From Candidatus Alectryobacillus sp. (GTDB lineage: Bacteria > Bacillota_I > Bacilli_A > RFN20 > CAG-826), in NCBI GenBank assembly GCA_036735985.1, contig DAINNH010000001.1, forward strand, positions 39,735 to 103,734: a stretch of 64,000 nt of DNA, read 5' to 3'. Each line of letters starts with the position of its first letter. The first letter of the stretch is position 1. The notes beneath the pieces were generated by a model, which was not told the origin of the DNA, ran no database searches, and saw nothing but the letters and a program-made list of their open reading frames with translations. Below are positions 50,314 to 61,589 of this stretch, piece after piece. A program made the translations under genes and the position numbers.

Positions 50314-51204
50314 ATGGATAATATTTCTTTTTCGTGTCAAAGTGGTGAAATACTACATGGTTTTCAATGGCTAGTTGATAAACCAAAAGCTAATATTATG
50401 CTTATCACCGGTTTAAATGAATATGCATTACGTTATACAAGATTTGTTCAATTACTAAATAATAATAATTATAATGTTTTTTGCTTAGATTATTTTGGTC
50501 AAGGTGCAAGTGCCATTAGTGTAAAAGACTTGGGCAAAGAACCAAAATATGGCTTCTCAAAATTTGTTGATGCCTTATATTTATTTCAAAGAGTAATTAT
50601 GACTTTAAATAGTTTGCCAATTTATTACATTGGCCATTCAATGGGCTCCTTTATTGCTCAAGAATTAATACAACGTTATCCAAATTGTACTAAAAAAGTG
50701 GTTTTATCTGGCACAGCTGGTCCACAAAGCATTGTTTTACCAGGATATTTATTCTTAAAACTTACAGTTCATAAAGGAAATTGGGATAAAGTATGCAAAA
50801 TTTCAGCTACTGCTGGTTATGAAAAAGGCGTTAAAGATCGTAAATTAGATTGTGATTGGCTTTCTTACAACGATGAAAATAATCTTAAATATTCAAAAGA
50901 TCCTTATTCCCAATATCAACGTAGTAATGGGGCCCAACTTAATTTATTAACGGGATTAAAAAATCTTCATAAGAAGAAGAGAATGAAACAAATTAATCCA
51001 GAAACAGATATCTTAATGATATCGGGTAAAGATGATCCTGTTTCGAATTACACAAAAACAACTGATAAGCTCTTTAAATTATATGGTAAATGCGGTCATG
51101 CCAAAATTACTTATAAAGTTTATGGTCATATGCGTCATGAAATATTAAATGAAGTAAATCACGCAATCGTTGACCAAGATATTCTTGATTTCTTAGCTAA
51201 ATAA
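50314..51204 (+). CDS. Alpha/beta-hydrolase (lysophospholipase / monoacylglycerol-lipase-like)
   Basis: GHSMGS nucleophile elbow, GKDDPV and HMRHE late motifs; AGGAG SD. Confidence 0.7.
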   Translation: MDNISFSCQSGEILHGFQWLVDKPKANIMLITGLNEYALRYTRFVQLLNNNNYNVFCLDYFGQGASAISVKDLGKEPKYGFSKFVDALYLFQRVIMTLNSLPIYYIGHSMGSFIAQELIQRYPNCTKKVVLSGTAGPQSIVLPGYLFLKLTVHKGNWDKVCKISATAGYEKGVKDRKLDCDWLSYNDENNLKYSKDPYSQYQRSNGAQLNLLTGLKNLHKKKRMKQINPETDILMISGKDDPVSNYTKTTDKLFKLYGKCGHAKITYKVYGHMRHEILNEVNHAIVDQDILDFLAK

Positions 51205-51243
51205 AAAATGGGATTAGCCTGATTGGCTAATCCCATCTTTTTA
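51203..51243. terminator. Bidirectional intrinsic terminator
   Basis: 12-bp stem ATGGGATTAGCC / GGCTAATCCCAT (51208-51219 / 51225-51236) flanked by A-run and T-run. Confidence 0.7.
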
Positions 51244-51255
51244 TGAATGATTTAG

Positions 51256-51426
51256 TTACTTAAATAAATTAGAAACAGCAAGACCCGTAGCAAGATTATC
51301 TCCATATATGTTATTAGTATAATTAAGACATAATGTATATAATTGAATGCTATCAACTTTTTGTTGTTCCATTTTAGAATCTAAAGCTTCTAAATCATTC
51401 ATGTGATTTTCATAATTCTTATTCAT
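51256..51426 (-). CDS. Hypothetical 56-aa protein
   Basis: AAGGAGG (revcomp of 51433-51439) 6 nt before ATG 51426 (MNKNYENHMNDLEAL...); the 90-aa track ORF start 51528 lacks an SD. Confidence 0.4.
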   Translation of the reverse strand: MNKNYENHMNDLEALDSKMEQQKVDSIQLYTLCLNYTNNIYGDNLATGLAVSNLFK

Positions 51427-51656
51427 AATAAACCTCCTTAATGTAGAAAATATCTCTTCTACATTTATGATATTAAAGTAATTTAAAGCAAATAAAATGA
51501 TGAAAACGCTTTCTGTAACCGTTTTCATATTTTATGAATTTAGTGAAATCTCTAAAAGTATCGATAAATTCGATATTTTATGACTTTAAAATTTTTAGTA
51601 TTTTTTGAAATATTTATATAGAATACGATAAATATTAGGTTATAATATTAAAGTTT

Positions 51657-51695
51657 GGGTGTTGCCTTGAATAACCACCCTATTAAAACAAGGAG
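51657..51695 (+). promoter_or_regulatory. preQ1-I-type riboswitch
   Basis: P1 GGGTG/CACCC, loop TTGCCTTGAATAAC, A-rich tail TATTAAAACAAGGAG; tail CAAGG can pair with loop CCTTG (pseudoknot) and contains the SD; TATAAT at 51641-51646; precedes queT. Confidence 0.65.
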
Positions 51696-51701
51696 TTTTT
51701 T

Positions 51702-53352
<1,651 letters not shown>

Positions 53353-53353
53353 A

Positions 53354-54382
53354 ATGGATATTGAATTGTTTAATTTTGATCTCCCTGAGGAGTTAATTGC
53401 ACAATCTCCTCTTGAACAAAGAGATGATTGTCGTTTGATGGTAATTAATAAGAAAAATAAAACTTATGAAGATAAGAAATTTTTCAATATTGTTGAATAT
53501 CTCCATTCAGGTGATGTTTTAGTAATTAACAATACTAAAGTTATACCAGCGCGATTATATGCAACTAAAGTTCCAACTGGTGCGCATGTTGAAGTTTTAT
53601 TACTTAAGGATTTAGGAAACGATGTGTGGGAAGCACTTATCGGCAACGCTAAAGCTGTTAAAGTTGGAACAAAATTAGAATTCGGTAAAGGACTTTTACA
53701 TGCTGAATGTATCGAATCTTTCGATGAAGGAATTCGTCATTTAAAATTCACTTATAATGGGATTTTTTTGGAAATTCTAGATCAAATTGGTCTAATGCCT
53801 TTGCCTCCATATATTAAAAAACAATGTGAGAATAATAATGATTATCAAACTGTTTATGCCAAGATTAATGGTAGCGCTGCGGCTCCAACGGCCGGTTTTC
53901 ATTTTACAAAAGATTTACTCGAACATTTAAAAGAACAAGGTATTGAAATTGTTGACGTAACTTTAACTATTGGTTTAGGAACCTTTAGACCAGTAAAGGT
54001 TAAAGATACTAAAGACCATATTATGCATAGTGAAGAGTATGAAATTTCAAAAATCGCTGCTGATCAGCTAAATTTGGCAAAAAAAGAACATCGTCGTATC
54101 ATTGCTGTCGGTACAACATGTACACGAACGTTAGAAGCCAATCTTACAAAATATGGTGTATTCACTCCGACAAAAGAGGCGACAAATATTTTTATTTCTC
54201 CAGGCTATGAATATAAAGCAATTGATGCTTTAATTACTAATTTTCATTTACCAAAATCAACTTTAATAATGCTCGTATCTGCTTTCATGGGCCGTGAATT
54301 TACACTTGATTGTTATAAACATGCTGTGGATGCGAAATATCGTTTCTTCTCCTTTGGAGATGCCATGTTTATTTATGAATAA
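53354..54382 (+). CDS. queA: S-adenosylmethionine:tRNA ribosyltransferase-isomerase
   Basis: FDLPEELIAQSPLEQRD, VINNTKVIPARL, MPLPPYI, AAPTAGFHFT, AVGTTCTRTLE. Confidence 0.95.
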   Translation: MDIELFNFDLPEELIAQSPLEQRDDCRLMVINKKNKTYEDKKFFNIVEYLHSGDVLVINNTKVIPARLYATKVPTGAHVEVLLLKDLGNDVWEALIGNAKAVKVGTKLEFGKGLLHAECIESFDEGIRHLKFTYNGIFLEILDQIGLMPLPPYIKKQCENNNDYQTVYAKINGSAAAPTAGFHFTKDLLEHLKEQGIEIVDVTLTIGLGTFRPVKVKDTKDHIMHSEEYEISKIAADQLNLAKKEHRRIIAVGTTCTRTLEANLTKYGVFTPTKEATNIFISPGYEYKAIDALITNFHLPKSTLIMLVSAFMGREFTLDCYKHAVDAKYRFFSFGDAMFIYE

Positions 54383-55001
54383 CGTTATTAATTACTATTT
54401 AAAATCTCAACAGATCATAAATAATTTAGATAAAAAGGCTGCAAAACCTAAACTTTTATTACACGCTTGTTGTGGAATATGTATGATTTATCCATTAGAT
54501 TATTTAACGCCTTATTTTGATGTTACCATTTATTATAGTAATTCCAATATTTTTCCAAATGAAGAATTTGAAAGAAGATATGCAACACTTTGTGAATATT
54601 TGGAAATTTTTTTCCAAAAAACAGGGATTCGTGTAAATTCAATTAAGGCTAATTATAATCATGAAACATTTGTACAAGATTTATTACCATATAAAGATTT
54701 GCCAGAAGGAGAAGAACGTTGTTTCATTTGTTATACAAAACGCATGGATGAGGCATTTAAATATGCTGACGAGAATGGTTTTGATTTTTTCACTACAACT
54801 CTAACAGTTTCAAGGCAAAAAGACTCACAAGTTATTAATCATATCGCTGAAAAACTTCAAAAGAATTACTTTAATTGTAAGTATTTTTATAGTGATTTTA
54901 AGAAAAATGCAGGTGGCGAAATTGGAAATAAGAGAGCTAAAGATCTTGGTTTATATATGCAGCATTTTTGTGGATGTGAGTTTTCAAAAAAGGAAGAATA
55001 G
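54375..55001 (+). CDS. queH: Epoxyqueuosine reductase QueH (DUF208)
   Basis: LLLHACCGIC, CFICYTKRM, TTTLTVSRQKD, HFCGCEFS Cys motifs; ATG 54375 (8-nt overlap with queA) preferred over track start 54294. Confidence 0.85.
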   Translation: MNNVINYYLKSQQIINNLDKKAAKPKLLLHACCGICMIYPLDYLTPYFDVTIYYSNSNIFPNEEFERRYATLCEYLEIFFQKTGIRVNSIKANYNHETFVQDLLPYKDLPEGEERCFICYTKRMDEAFKYADENGFDFFTTTLTVSRQKDSQVINHIAEKLQKNYFNCKYFYSDFKKNAGGEIGNKRAKDLGLYMQHFCGCEFSKKEE

Positions 55002-55218
55002 TAAATTTATCAGCTTTGTTAGTTTCGTGGCTGTTATTATTAAATAGTTGGTTTTTGCAGGGTTATTTATGTATATTTTCATGAAAAAACGCACTATTTT
55101 TATTTTGTTTTTCAAATTTTATTATAATTAGTGGAAGGCTTTTATTGTTGTTTTTCAGTATTTTAAACACAAATTTTCTTTTTTTAGATGGTATAGGGTA
55201 AAAATGTTTAAAAATAAT

Positions 55219-55247
55219 TTGACAACTCAATATTATATATATAATAT
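55219..55247 (+). promoter_or_regulatory. Promoter of the S10 operon
   Basis: TTGACA (55219-55224) followed by TATAAT/TAATAT candidates at 55240-55247 (15-17-nt spacer). Confidence 0.5.
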
Positions 55248-55388
55248 ATTATTCGTATGTGCCTTAATGGGTGCTGATGTGCGAGATTGCTGATACACGG
55301 ACAGGCGTTGTCATGAATCGTTGTCAGGTAACTTGCGCTGAGCTTAATTAAGACCATGGCCTGTAATTTTATGGAGGAAACAAAAATC

Positions 55389-55703
55389 ATGGCTAAAGAA
55401 CAAAAGAAGATTCGTGTTCGCTTACAAGCTTATGAACCAAAGATCTTAGAGGTCTCTGTTCAAAAGATTGTTGATGCAGCGAAAAAATCTGGCGCCGGAG
55501 TCGTCGGCCCAATCCCTCTACCAACAGAGAGACAAGTATTTACGATTTTAAGAGCTGTTCACAAATACAAAGATGCTCGTGAACAATTCGAGATTAGAAC
55601 TCACAAGAGACTTATCGATATTACTAATCCAACGAAGGAAACAATTGATCTATTAAGAAGACTCGATTTACCTGCTGGAGTTGATATCGATATCAAGTTA
55701 TAA
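55389..55703 (+). CDS. rpsJ: 30S ribosomal protein S10
   Basis: [16 protein letters not shown]...; GGAGG 12 nt upstream of ATG 55389 (track start 55356 rejected). Confidence 0.95.
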   Translation: MAKEQKKIRVRLQAYEPKILEVSVQKIVDAAKKSGAGVVGPIPLPTERQVFTILRAVHKYKDAREQFEIRTHKRLIDITNPTKETIDLLRRLDLPAGVDIDIKL

Positions 55704-55720
55704 GGAGGTAATAACGAGTT

Positions 55721-56461
55721 ATGAAACAAATAGTTGGTCGTAAGATGGGAATGACCCAAGTATTCGCTAAAGATGGTACATCCTATGCGGTTACAGTAAT
55801 TGAGGTACTCCCAAATGTTGTTACCCAAGTTAAGACAGTTGAAAAAGATGGTTATAAAGCAGTTCAAGTTGGTCTTGAAGATGCTAAAGTTGCCAATCTT
55901 AACAATTGTGAAAAAGGTATCTTTGCAAAAGCTAATGTCACACCTAAGAAGTTCTTGTTTGAATTAAAAGGTGATGAAATGGAAAACTTTGCCGTTGGCA
56001 ATGAAATCAAAGCTGATTTATTTGCTCAAGGCGATATCGTTGACATTGTTGGTATTACCAAAGGTCACGGTTACACTGGTACTATTCAAAAGTGGAATAT
56101 GAAGATCGGTCCTAAAGGACATGGTGCTTCAGGCCCACATAGATTACAAGGTTCATTTGCTAACAATGGTCGTACAAACAACCGTGTTATTCCTGGCAAA
56201 CATATGTCTGGACATTATGGTGTTGAATCTTGCACTCTTCAAAACGTTCTCATTGTCGAAACTAATGCTGAAAAGGGTTATATCCTTGTTAAAGGTGGTA
56301 TCCCAGGTGCTAAATATTCATTTGTCACCATTAAAACAGCTTATCGCAAACAATTAGGACAAAAACAAGTTGTCAAAGAATTATTAAGACCAGAAGTTAA
56401 AGTTGAAGCACCTGCTGCTCAAGAAGTTGTTAATGAAGCTCCAGTTGCTGAAAATAAATAA
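55721..56461 (+). CDS. rplC: 50S ribosomal protein L3 (Ala/Glu/Val-rich C-terminal extension)
   Basis: GRKMGMTQVF, GITKGHGYTG motifs; operon order. Confidence 0.95.
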   Translation: MKQIVGRKMGMTQVFAKDGTSYAVTVIEVLPNVVTQVKTVEKDGYKAVQVGLEDAKVANLNNCEKGIFAKANVTPKKFLFELKGDEMENFAVGNEIKADLFAQGDIVDIVGITKGHGYTGTIQKWNMKIGPKGHGASGPHRLQGSFANNGRTNNRVIPGKHMSGHYGVESCTLQNVLIVETNAEKGYILVKGGIPGAKYSFVTIKTAYRKQLGQKQVVKELLRPEVKVEAPAAQEVVNEAPVAENK

Positions 56462-56481
56462 ATTTGGAAAGGAGAAATATT

Positions 56482-57108
56482 ATGGCAGAAAAGAAAGTAA
56501 CCGTTCCTGTTTATTCCCAAGCCGGTGAGAAAGTCTCAACTCTTGGATTAAACGCGAACATCTTCAATGTTGAAGTTAATAACCAAGTAATGTTTGATGC
56601 CGTCCAAGTTTATCAAGCAAATCTTAGACAAGCAACTGCGAAGACAAAGACAAGACATGAAGTTTCTGGTGGTGGTAGAAAGCCTTGGAAACAAAAAGGT
56701 ACCGGACGTGCTCGTTCTGGTAGTAACCGTTCCCCAATTTGGGTCGGTGGTGGTAATGCTTTAGGACCTGATGGAAATCAAAACTACAAGCTTTGCCAAA
56801 ATAAGAAAGCTCACGAATTAGCTCTTAAATCAGCTTTAACACTTAAAGCTAAAGGCGGCTTAATCGTAGTTGATGAAATTAAAGTTGAAGGTAAAACAAA
56901 AGAAGTTAAAGCTATCTTAGCTGCATTAAAGGCCGATAAGAAAGTTCTTGTTGTTACCTCTGATGAAAAGTTATTACTTGCAAGCAAAAACTTAAGCAAT
57001 GTTTATGTCCGTCAAGCTGGAAACATTTCAGTTTACGACTTATTAAATGTTGATTATATTGTTGCAAGCAAAGCTGAAGTTAAAAAAATTGAGGAGGCTA
57101 TTGCATAA
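56482..57108 (+). CDS. rplD: 50S ribosomal protein L4
   Basis: GGGRKPWKQKGTGRARSGS motif; ATG 56482 with AAAGGAG upstream. Confidence 0.95.
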   Translation: MAEKKVTVPVYSQAGEKVSTLGLNANIFNVEVNNQVMFDAVQVYQANLRQATAKTKTRHEVSGGGRKPWKQKGTGRARSGSNRSPIWVGGGNALGPDGNQNYKLCQNKKAHELALKSALTLKAKGGLIVVDEIKVEGKTKEVKAILAALKADKKVLVVTSDEKLLLASKNLSNVYVRQAGNISVYDLLNVDYIVASKAEVKKIEEAIA

Positions 57109-57110
57109 TT

Positions 57111-57452
57111 ATGGCAAAGAAAAAAGTTGAAGAAGCTAAAGTAGTAACTGCTAGTGCAGCTTCCTTAAATGATTTCGATGTAATCATTAATCCAATCATT
57201 ACAGAAAAATCAATGAAATTATTACAAGATGAAAATAAAGTAACTCTTAAAGTTAAAACAAATGCTAACAAAATCCAAATTAAGTCAGCTTTTGAAAAAT
57301 TATTTAAGGTTGAAGCTACTCAAGTTCAAATCTGTAACACTGCTGATAAGTCAACCACTCGTGGTGGACGATATGCAGGAATACTCCCTGGTTACAAAAA
57401 GGCGATTGTCACTGTCAAAGATGGCGAAGCAATTGATCTTTATAAAGACTAA
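57111..57452 (+). CDS. rplW: 50S ribosomal protein L23 (short N-terminal extension)
   Basis: IINPIITEKS, operon order. Confidence 0.9.
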   Translation: MAKKKVEEAKVVTASAASLNDFDVIINPIITEKSMKLLQDENKVTLKVKTNANKIQIKSAFEKLFKVEATQVQICNTADKSTTRGGRYAGILPGYKKAIVTVKDGEAIDLYKD

Positions 57453-57487
57453 GGCATTCGCGTATATAAATATAGGAGAAAGAAAAT

Positions 57488-58324
57488 ATGGCAATTAGAA
57501 CATATAAGCCAACGACTGCAAGTCGTCGTGCTATGACTAATACGACATTTGAAGAAATCACAACCAATAACACTCCTGAAAAATCATTAGTCGTCTCATT
57601 AAGCAAGACTGGTGGAAGAAATAACCAAGGCGTTATTACTACAAGACATATTGGTGGCGGAAACAAAAAGAAATATCGTGTTATCGATTTTAGAAGAAAT
57701 AAAGATGGTGTCGTCGGAAATGTCGCTACCATTGAATACGATCCAAATAGAACTGCTTACATCGCTTTAATCAATTACGTTGATGGCGAAAAGCGTTACA
57801 TTATTGCTCCTTTAAATTTAAAGGTTGGCGATAAGATTGTCTCAGGCGAATCCGTTGATATCATTAATGGTAATGCGATGCCTTTAAAGTCTATCCCAGA
57901 AGGTACACTTGTTCATAATATTGAACTTGTTCCTGGTAAGGGTGGCAAAATGTGTCGTGCAGCCGGAACAAGTGCTCAAGTACTTGGTGCTGAAGGCAAA
58001 TATGTTATCTTAAGACTTCAATCTGGTGAAATGCGTCGAGTTCTCGCAACTTGCCGTGCCACCATTGGAACTGTTGGTAACGTCGATTATAGTCTTATTA
58101 ATTTAGGTAAGGCTGGTAAGAATCGCTGGTATGGCATTCGTCCAACCGTCAGAGGTAGTGCAATGAACCCTAACGATCACCCACATGGTGGTGGTGAAGG
58201 TAAATGTCCTGTCGGACACGATGCACCTCGTACCCCTTGGGGCAAGAGAGCTCTTGGTGTCAAGACTCGTCGCTTCAAGAAGTCTTCAACTAAATTAATG
58301 ATTCGTCGTGCAAATGACAAATAA
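57488..58324 (+). CDS. rplB: 50S ribosomal protein L2
   Basis: [30 protein letters not shown] motifs. Confidence 0.97.
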   Translation: MAIRTYKPTTASRRAMTNTTFEEITTNNTPEKSLVVSLSKTGGRNNQGVITTRHIGGGNKKKYRVIDFRRNKDGVVGNVATIEYDPNRTAYIALINYVDGEKRYIIAPLNLKVGDKIVSGESVDIINGNAMPLKSIPEGTLVHNIELVPGKGGKMCRAAGTSAQVLGAEGKYVILRLQSGEMRRVLATCRATIGTVGNVDYSLINLGKAGKNRWYGIRPTVRGSAMNPNDHPHGGGEGKCPVGHDAPRTPWGKRALGVKTRRFKKSSTKLMIRRANDK

Positions 58325-58338
58325 GGAGTGAAATAAAT

Positions 58339-58647
58339 ATGGCAAGAAGTATTAAAAAAGGCCCATTCTGCGATGCTTACTTATTAAAGAAAGTAGAAGC
58401 TGTCGATAAGAGTGGCAAGAAAGAAGTCATTAAGACTTGGTCTCGTCGATCCACAATATTCCCATCATTTGTTGAACACACCTTTGCTGTTTACAATGGT
58501 CGAACATTTATTACAGTTTATGTCACCCCTGATATGGTCGGTCATAAACTTGGAGAATTCTCTCCAACCAGAACATTTGCTGGTCACCATGGCAATAACG
58601 CTGCGGATAAGGCTGCCGATGCGGCCCCAGCCCCAGCTGCTAAATAG
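58339..58647 (+). CDS. rpsS: 30S ribosomal protein S19 (Ala/Pro-rich C-terminal tail)
   Basis: [17 protein letters not shown] motifs. Confidence 0.95.
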   Translation: MARSIKKGPFCDAYLLKKVEAVDKSGKKEVIKTWSRRSTIFPSFVEHTFAVYNGRTFITVYVTPDMVGHKLGEFSPTRTFAGHHGNNAADKAADAAPAPAAK

Positions 58648-58658
58648 AGGAGAAACTT

Positions 58659-59153
58659 ATGGCAAAGAAAAAAGTGAGTGAAACCGCTGAAGTTAAAGAG
58701 ACAGAAGTCGCTGAAACTCCAGTAGTTAAAGAAAAGAAACCTGCAAAGAAGAAAGTTGCAGTGAAAGAAAAACCTTCAAAAGAACCTAAGAAACCAGAAG
58801 TTGTTAAACCTCTTGTTACTGAAGCACATGCTTCCAGTCTTAACGTTCGTACAACCCCACGTAAAGTTCGCTTAGTTGTTGATCTTGTTCGTGGCAAGTC
58901 CGTTAAGGAAGCCATTGCGATCTTAGAGAATTTAAATCGTGCTGCTAGCGCCCCTGTCCTTAAGGTAATTAAATCAGCGGCTGCTAACGCTACAAATAAT
59001 TTCAATCTTGATGAAGATAAATTATTTATTAAAAACATCGCTGCGAACGATGGCATGAGAATGAAGAGATTTATTCCACGTGCTAAAGGTAGTTCAAGCG
59101 GAATCATCAAAAGAAGCTGCAATTTGTTTGTAACAGTTGCAGAAAGACAATAA
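58659..59153 (+). CDS. rplV: 50S ribosomal protein L22 with ~50-aa Lys/Glu/Pro-rich N-terminal extension
   Basis: Core TPRKVRLVVDLVRGKSV..., preceded by AKKKVSETAEVKETEVAETPVVKEKKPAKKK... Confidence 0.93.
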   Translation: MAKKKVSETAEVKETEVAETPVVKEKKPAKKKVAVKEKPSKEPKKPEVVKPLVTEAHASSLNVRTTPRKVRLVVDLVRGKSVKEAIAILENLNRAASAPVLKVIKSAAANATNNFNLDEDKLFIKNIAANDGMRMKRFIPRAKGSSSGIIKRSCNLFVTVAERQ

Positions 59154-59178
59154 TAAGGAAAGGAGAATAAACTAAAAC

Positions 59179-59859
59179 ATGGGACAAAAAGTAAATCCAG
59201 TTGGCATGAGAGTTGGTATTAACCGTGATTGGAATACCCACTGGTATGCAAATAATAAAGATTATTCTACTTACTTATTAGAAGATATTAAGTTAAGAAA
59301 ATTTTTAGAGAGTAATCTTAAAGACGGTCAAATTTCACACATTGAAATTTCCCGTAATAAGTCAGATAAAGGTTTAATGGTCGCTGTTGCAATTTATTGC
59401 GCGCGTCCAGGCATTATCATTGGCCAAGAGGGTGCCAGAATTAATGCTTTAAAGAAAACCCTTGTAGGCATGTTAGGTCAAGAAACTCTTAAACTCGATG
59501 TAATCGAAGTTAAGAACCCTAATCTTGATGCCCGCCTTGTTGCTGCTTCAATTGCTAAGCAACTCGAAGAAAGAGCCTCCTTCCGTATGGCTCAAAAGAA
59601 AGCCATTCAACTCGTCCGTGCTGCCGGAGCTCAAGGTATTAAAACTGAAGTTTCTGGTCGTTTAGGTGGAGCTGAAATTCACCGTAGTGAAGGTTATAAA
59701 GAAGGAACTATCGCTCTTCAAACTTTAAGAAGTGATATTGACTATGCTGAAGTTGATGCCGCTACAACTTATGGTAGATTAGGTGTTAAAGTCTGGATCT
59801 GCCGTGGTGAAAAGGCTATCAAAGAAAAGAAGCCAGTCACGGCTAAAGAAGGAGAATAA
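59179..59859 (+). CDS. rpsC: 30S ribosomal protein S3
   Basis: MGQKVNPVGMRVG, GRLGGAEI motifs. Confidence 0.97.
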   Translation: MGQKVNPVGMRVGINRDWNTHWYANNKDYSTYLLEDIKLRKFLESNLKDGQISHIEISRNKSDKGLMVAVAIYCARPGIIIGQEGARINALKKTLVGMLGQETLKLDVIEVKNPNLDARLVAASIAKQLEERASFRMAQKKAIQLVRAAGAQGIKTEVSGRLGGAEIHRSEGYKEGTIALQTLRSDIDYAEVDAATTYGRLGVKVWICRGEKAIKEKKPVTAKEGE

Positions 59860-59861
59860 GT

Positions 59862-60278
59862 ATGTTACAACCAAAAAGAACTAAATGGAGACGTCCTCAT
59901 ATTATTAAATATGAAGGAGTTGCTACATCTGGAACTAAAGTCCAATATGGTGATTATGGCCTAGTTGCGACTGAAGGTAAATGGGTAACAGCTGCTCAAA
60001 TTGAAGCCGTCCGTGTTGTCTTATCAAAGTATACCGACAAGGGTGGAAAAGTTTACATTCGTATCTTCCCACAACTTGCTAAAACTAAAAAACCAGCCGA
60101 AGTCCGTATGGGTTCCGGTAAAGGTTCCCCAGAATACTGGGTTGCCGTTGTCCGCAGAGGAACAGTTATGTTTGAAATCGGGGGTATCCCTGAAGATAAA
60201 GAGCTCGAAGCTCTTCACCTTGCTCAATATAAACTTCCTTGCAAAGTTAAAATTATTAAAAAAGTGGAGGTTAAGTAA
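59862..60278 (+). CDS. rplP: 50S ribosomal protein L16
   Basis: MLQPKRTKWRR, RMGSGKGSPEYWVA motifs. Confidence 0.97.
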   Translation: MLQPKRTKWRRPHIIKYEGVATSGTKVQYGDYGLVATEGKWVTAAQIEAVRVVLSKYTDKGGKVYIRIFPQLAKTKKPAEVRMGSGKGSPEYWVAVVRRGTVMFEIGGIPEDKELEALHLAQYKLPCKVKIIKKVEVK

Positions 60279-60283
60279 TTATT

Positions 60284-60481
60284 ATGAAGATTGAAGACAT
60301 TAAAGCTTTAAGTGATGAAGAACTTAATAGTAAGCTTTATAGCCTAAAAGAAGAACTCTTCCACTTAAGAAGAAAGAAATCCGTCGGCCAACTCGAACAT
60401 CCTGAACAAGTTAGAGGCATTCGCAAAGATATTGCTCGTGTCTTAACTGTCAAGAAAGAACGAGAACTTGGTGTTAAATAA
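60284..60481 (+). CDS. rpmC: 50S ribosomal protein L29
   Basis: 65 aa, [12 protein letters not shown] pattern, operon order. Confidence 0.9.
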   Translation: MKIEDIKALSDEELNSKLYSLKEELFHLRRKKSVGQLEHPEQVRGIRKDIARVLTVKKERELGVK

Positions 60482-60495
60482 TAGGAGGAATGAAT

Positions 60496-60858
60496 ATGGA
60501 AGAAAATACAAGAAAAACCCGCCGTACTATTCGTGGTGTGGTCATCGGTGATAAGAACGATAAAACTATCATCGTTTCCGTCGAAACTCATAAAGTTCAT
60601 GCCAAGTATGGTAAACGTATTAAGTATCGTAAGAAATATTATGTCCATGATGAAAAGAATGAAGCCAAAGTTGGTGATGAAGTCATCATTATGGAAACAA
60701 GAAAACTCTCTGCAACCAAGACTTGGAGATTAGTAAAGATCGTCAAAGTCCACCTTGCGAGTATTAAGGATGCGGAAGCTTCTCTTGAAGAGCAAGAAGG
60801 TATTGCTCCAAAAGTTGAAGAAGAAGCTCCTAAAGCTGAAGCTAAGGAGGCTAAGTAA
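60496..60858 (+). CDS. rpsQ: 30S ribosomal protein S17 (Glu/Ala/Lys-rich C-terminal extension)
   Basis: [24 protein letters not shown]; ATG 60496 sits 7 nt after AGGAGG. Confidence 0.93.
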   Translation: MEENTRKTRRTIRGVVIGDKNDKTIIVSVETHKVHAKYGKRIKYRKKYYVHDEKNEAKVGDEVIIMETRKLSATKTWRLVKIVKVHLASIKDAEASLEEQEGIAPKVEEEAPKAEAKEAK

Positions 60859-60860
60859 TT

Positions 60861-61238
60861 ATGGTTCAAACTGAAACGAATTTAGTTGTAGCTGATAATT
60901 CCGGAGCTCGTAGCGTCAGAATCATTCGTTTATATGGCGGCAGTATTCGTCACACTTCAAGTATCGGTGATATCGTTCTTGTTGCTGTTAAAGATGCTAT
61001 CCCAGATGGACGTATTCACAAATCAGATGTTGTTAAAGCTATCATTGTTCGTACCAAATACCCTGTAATTAGAGCTGATGGTTCCACAATTCGCTTTGAT
61101 GATAATGCTTGCGTTTTAATTAACGATGATGGCGCTCCAATTGGCACTCGTGTCTTTGGTCCAGTCGCTCGTGAACTTCGTGATGTTAAGGGTGAAGGTT
61201 TTATGAAAATCATCTCTCTTGCTACAGAAGTCTTATAA
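60861..61238 (+). CDS. rplN: 50S ribosomal protein L14
   Basis: [17 protein letters not shown] motif. Confidence 0.97.
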   Translation: MVQTETNLVVADNSGARSVRIIRLYGGSIRHTSSIGDIVLVAVKDAIPDGRIHKSDVVKAIIVRTKYPVIRADGSTIRFDDNACVLINDDGAPIGTRVFGPVARELRDVKGEGFMKIISLATEVL

Positions 61239-61254
61239 GGAAAGGAGATAATAT

Positions 61255-61578
61255 ATGAAAATTAAATCTGGTGATAAAGTCAGAGTTATCTCTGGTAACG
61301 ATAAAGGAAAAGAAGGCATCGTCCAAAAAGCCTTCCCAAAATTAAATAAAGTTGTGGTTGAAGGTGTTAATGTTCATAAAAAACACAAGAAACCAACTCA
61401 AAACAATCCACAAGGTAGTATTCTTGATATCTACGTTCCAATTGATGCTAGTAACGTCATGGTAATCGATGGTAAGTCTAAGAAAGTTACCCGTGTTGGC
61501 TATGCTGTTGAGAAAAATAAAGATGGAAAAGAAGTTAAAGTCAGAGTTGCAAAGAAGTCTGGCAATAAACTTCAATAA
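61255..61578 (+). CDS. rplX: 50S ribosomal protein L24
   Basis: [21 protein letters not shown] (KOW motif). Confidence 0.95.
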   Translation: MKIKSGDKVRVISGNDKGKEGIVQKAFPKLNKVVVEGVNVHKKHKKPTQNNPQGSILDIYVPIDASNVMVIDGKSKKVTRVGYAVEKNKDGKEVKVRVAKKSGNKLQ

Positions 61579-61589
61579 GGAGTGAAATT

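Noticed and set aside
54294-54374. Longer 5' extensions offered by the ORF track: queH 54294, mgtE-downstream gene 14456, rpsJ 55356, rplD 56464, rplF 62889, tgt 52213, galE 48503, DMT 24294, FNR 32844, DUF1836 47754, degV 47683
   Set aside because: The extensions overlap upstream genes or start at TTG without an SD. Downstream ATGs have a consensus SD, a TATAAT at leaderless spacing, or give the canonical protein N-terminus.
58640-59122. 160-aa antisense ORF across rplV, and similar antisense ORFs at 57415-57732, 60337-60648, 60639-60869, 61342-61575 and 62553-62813
   Set aside because: These lie opposite highly conserved r-protein genes. The open frames are a by-product of Lys/Glu/Ala-rich codons (AAG/GAA/GCT), whose complements lack stops. 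They have no SDs and their products are low-complexity Leu/Phe/Ser-rich sequences.
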